Part shown: positions 63,896 to 64,000 of the stretch, one piece after another | How the letters are laid out: each line of letters begins with the position of its first letter | How positions within the stretch are numbered: position 1 is the first letter of the stretch | NCBI GenBank assembly: GCA_003154195.1 | Contig: PMCS01000029.1 | Span: 304,960-368,959, forward strand | Origin: Candidatus Omnitrophota bacterium | GTDB lineage: Bacteria; Omnitrophota; Gorgyraeia; Duberdicusellales; 4484-171 | DNA: 64,000 nucleotides | Reading direction: 5' to 3' | The notes under the pieces: generated by a model | What the model was told of the DNA's origin: nothing | Database searches by the model: none | What the model saw: only the letters and a program-made list of their open reading frames with translations | Position numbers and translations under genes: made by a program

Positions 63896-64000
63896 AACGA
63901 TTGAAAAATTCAGCCATGCTTTATAATTTAAAATTTACTCAATTTGAAAATATTCGCCGGAGCCGGAATTGGTTGAACGATAAGGAAAATTTATTGTTTG

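Noticed and set aside
1-64000. tRNA, rRNA, autonomous transposase or integrase genes
   Set aside because: None recognised by eye; tRNAscan-SE and ISEScan would be needed to exclude them formally

Overview
Bacterial chromosome window, AT-rich with GC-rich palindromic inserts. The gene content (expanded TMTC-like TPR glycosyltransferases, CxxC-x17-CxxC protein, GH94) suggests Candidatus Omnitrophota/PVC, which is an inference. Positions 1-20.3 kb carry housekeeping genes (xseAB, htpX, rpsO-pnp-ftsK-rodZ, rimO-pgsA-pgpA), interrupted by two small accessory loci (NucS-like + ORF6N; DUF1016 + Ub-Mut7C + serpin). Positions 20.5-30.8 kb hold a minor-pilin operon, an oppositely oriented cinA-thpR pair, an internally deleted ldh pseudogene, an FNR/NifU/ferritin/metal-permease cluster and a GH94 phosphorylase. 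Positions 31-64 kb hold two type IV pilins, the second downstream of a GEMM-I riboswitch with the A20 (3',3'-cGAMP-type) signature. They are followed by a ~31 kb glycosylation island: 5 TMTC-like proteins, 9 other GT-C-type membrane proteins or domains plus one fragment, GT2/GT4 enzymes, a UbiA-type DPPR synthase and a B12 radical SAM enzyme. Non-genic highlights are orphan copies of the coding palindromes of ORF6N/DUF1016/KilA-N genes, a miniature element that inserted into a start codon and rebuilt it with its own RBS, several apparently leaderless genes, and many REP/MITE families, some in frame inside proteins. No rRNA, tRNA, CRISPR array or transposase was recognised. All family calls are by eye, without database searches.
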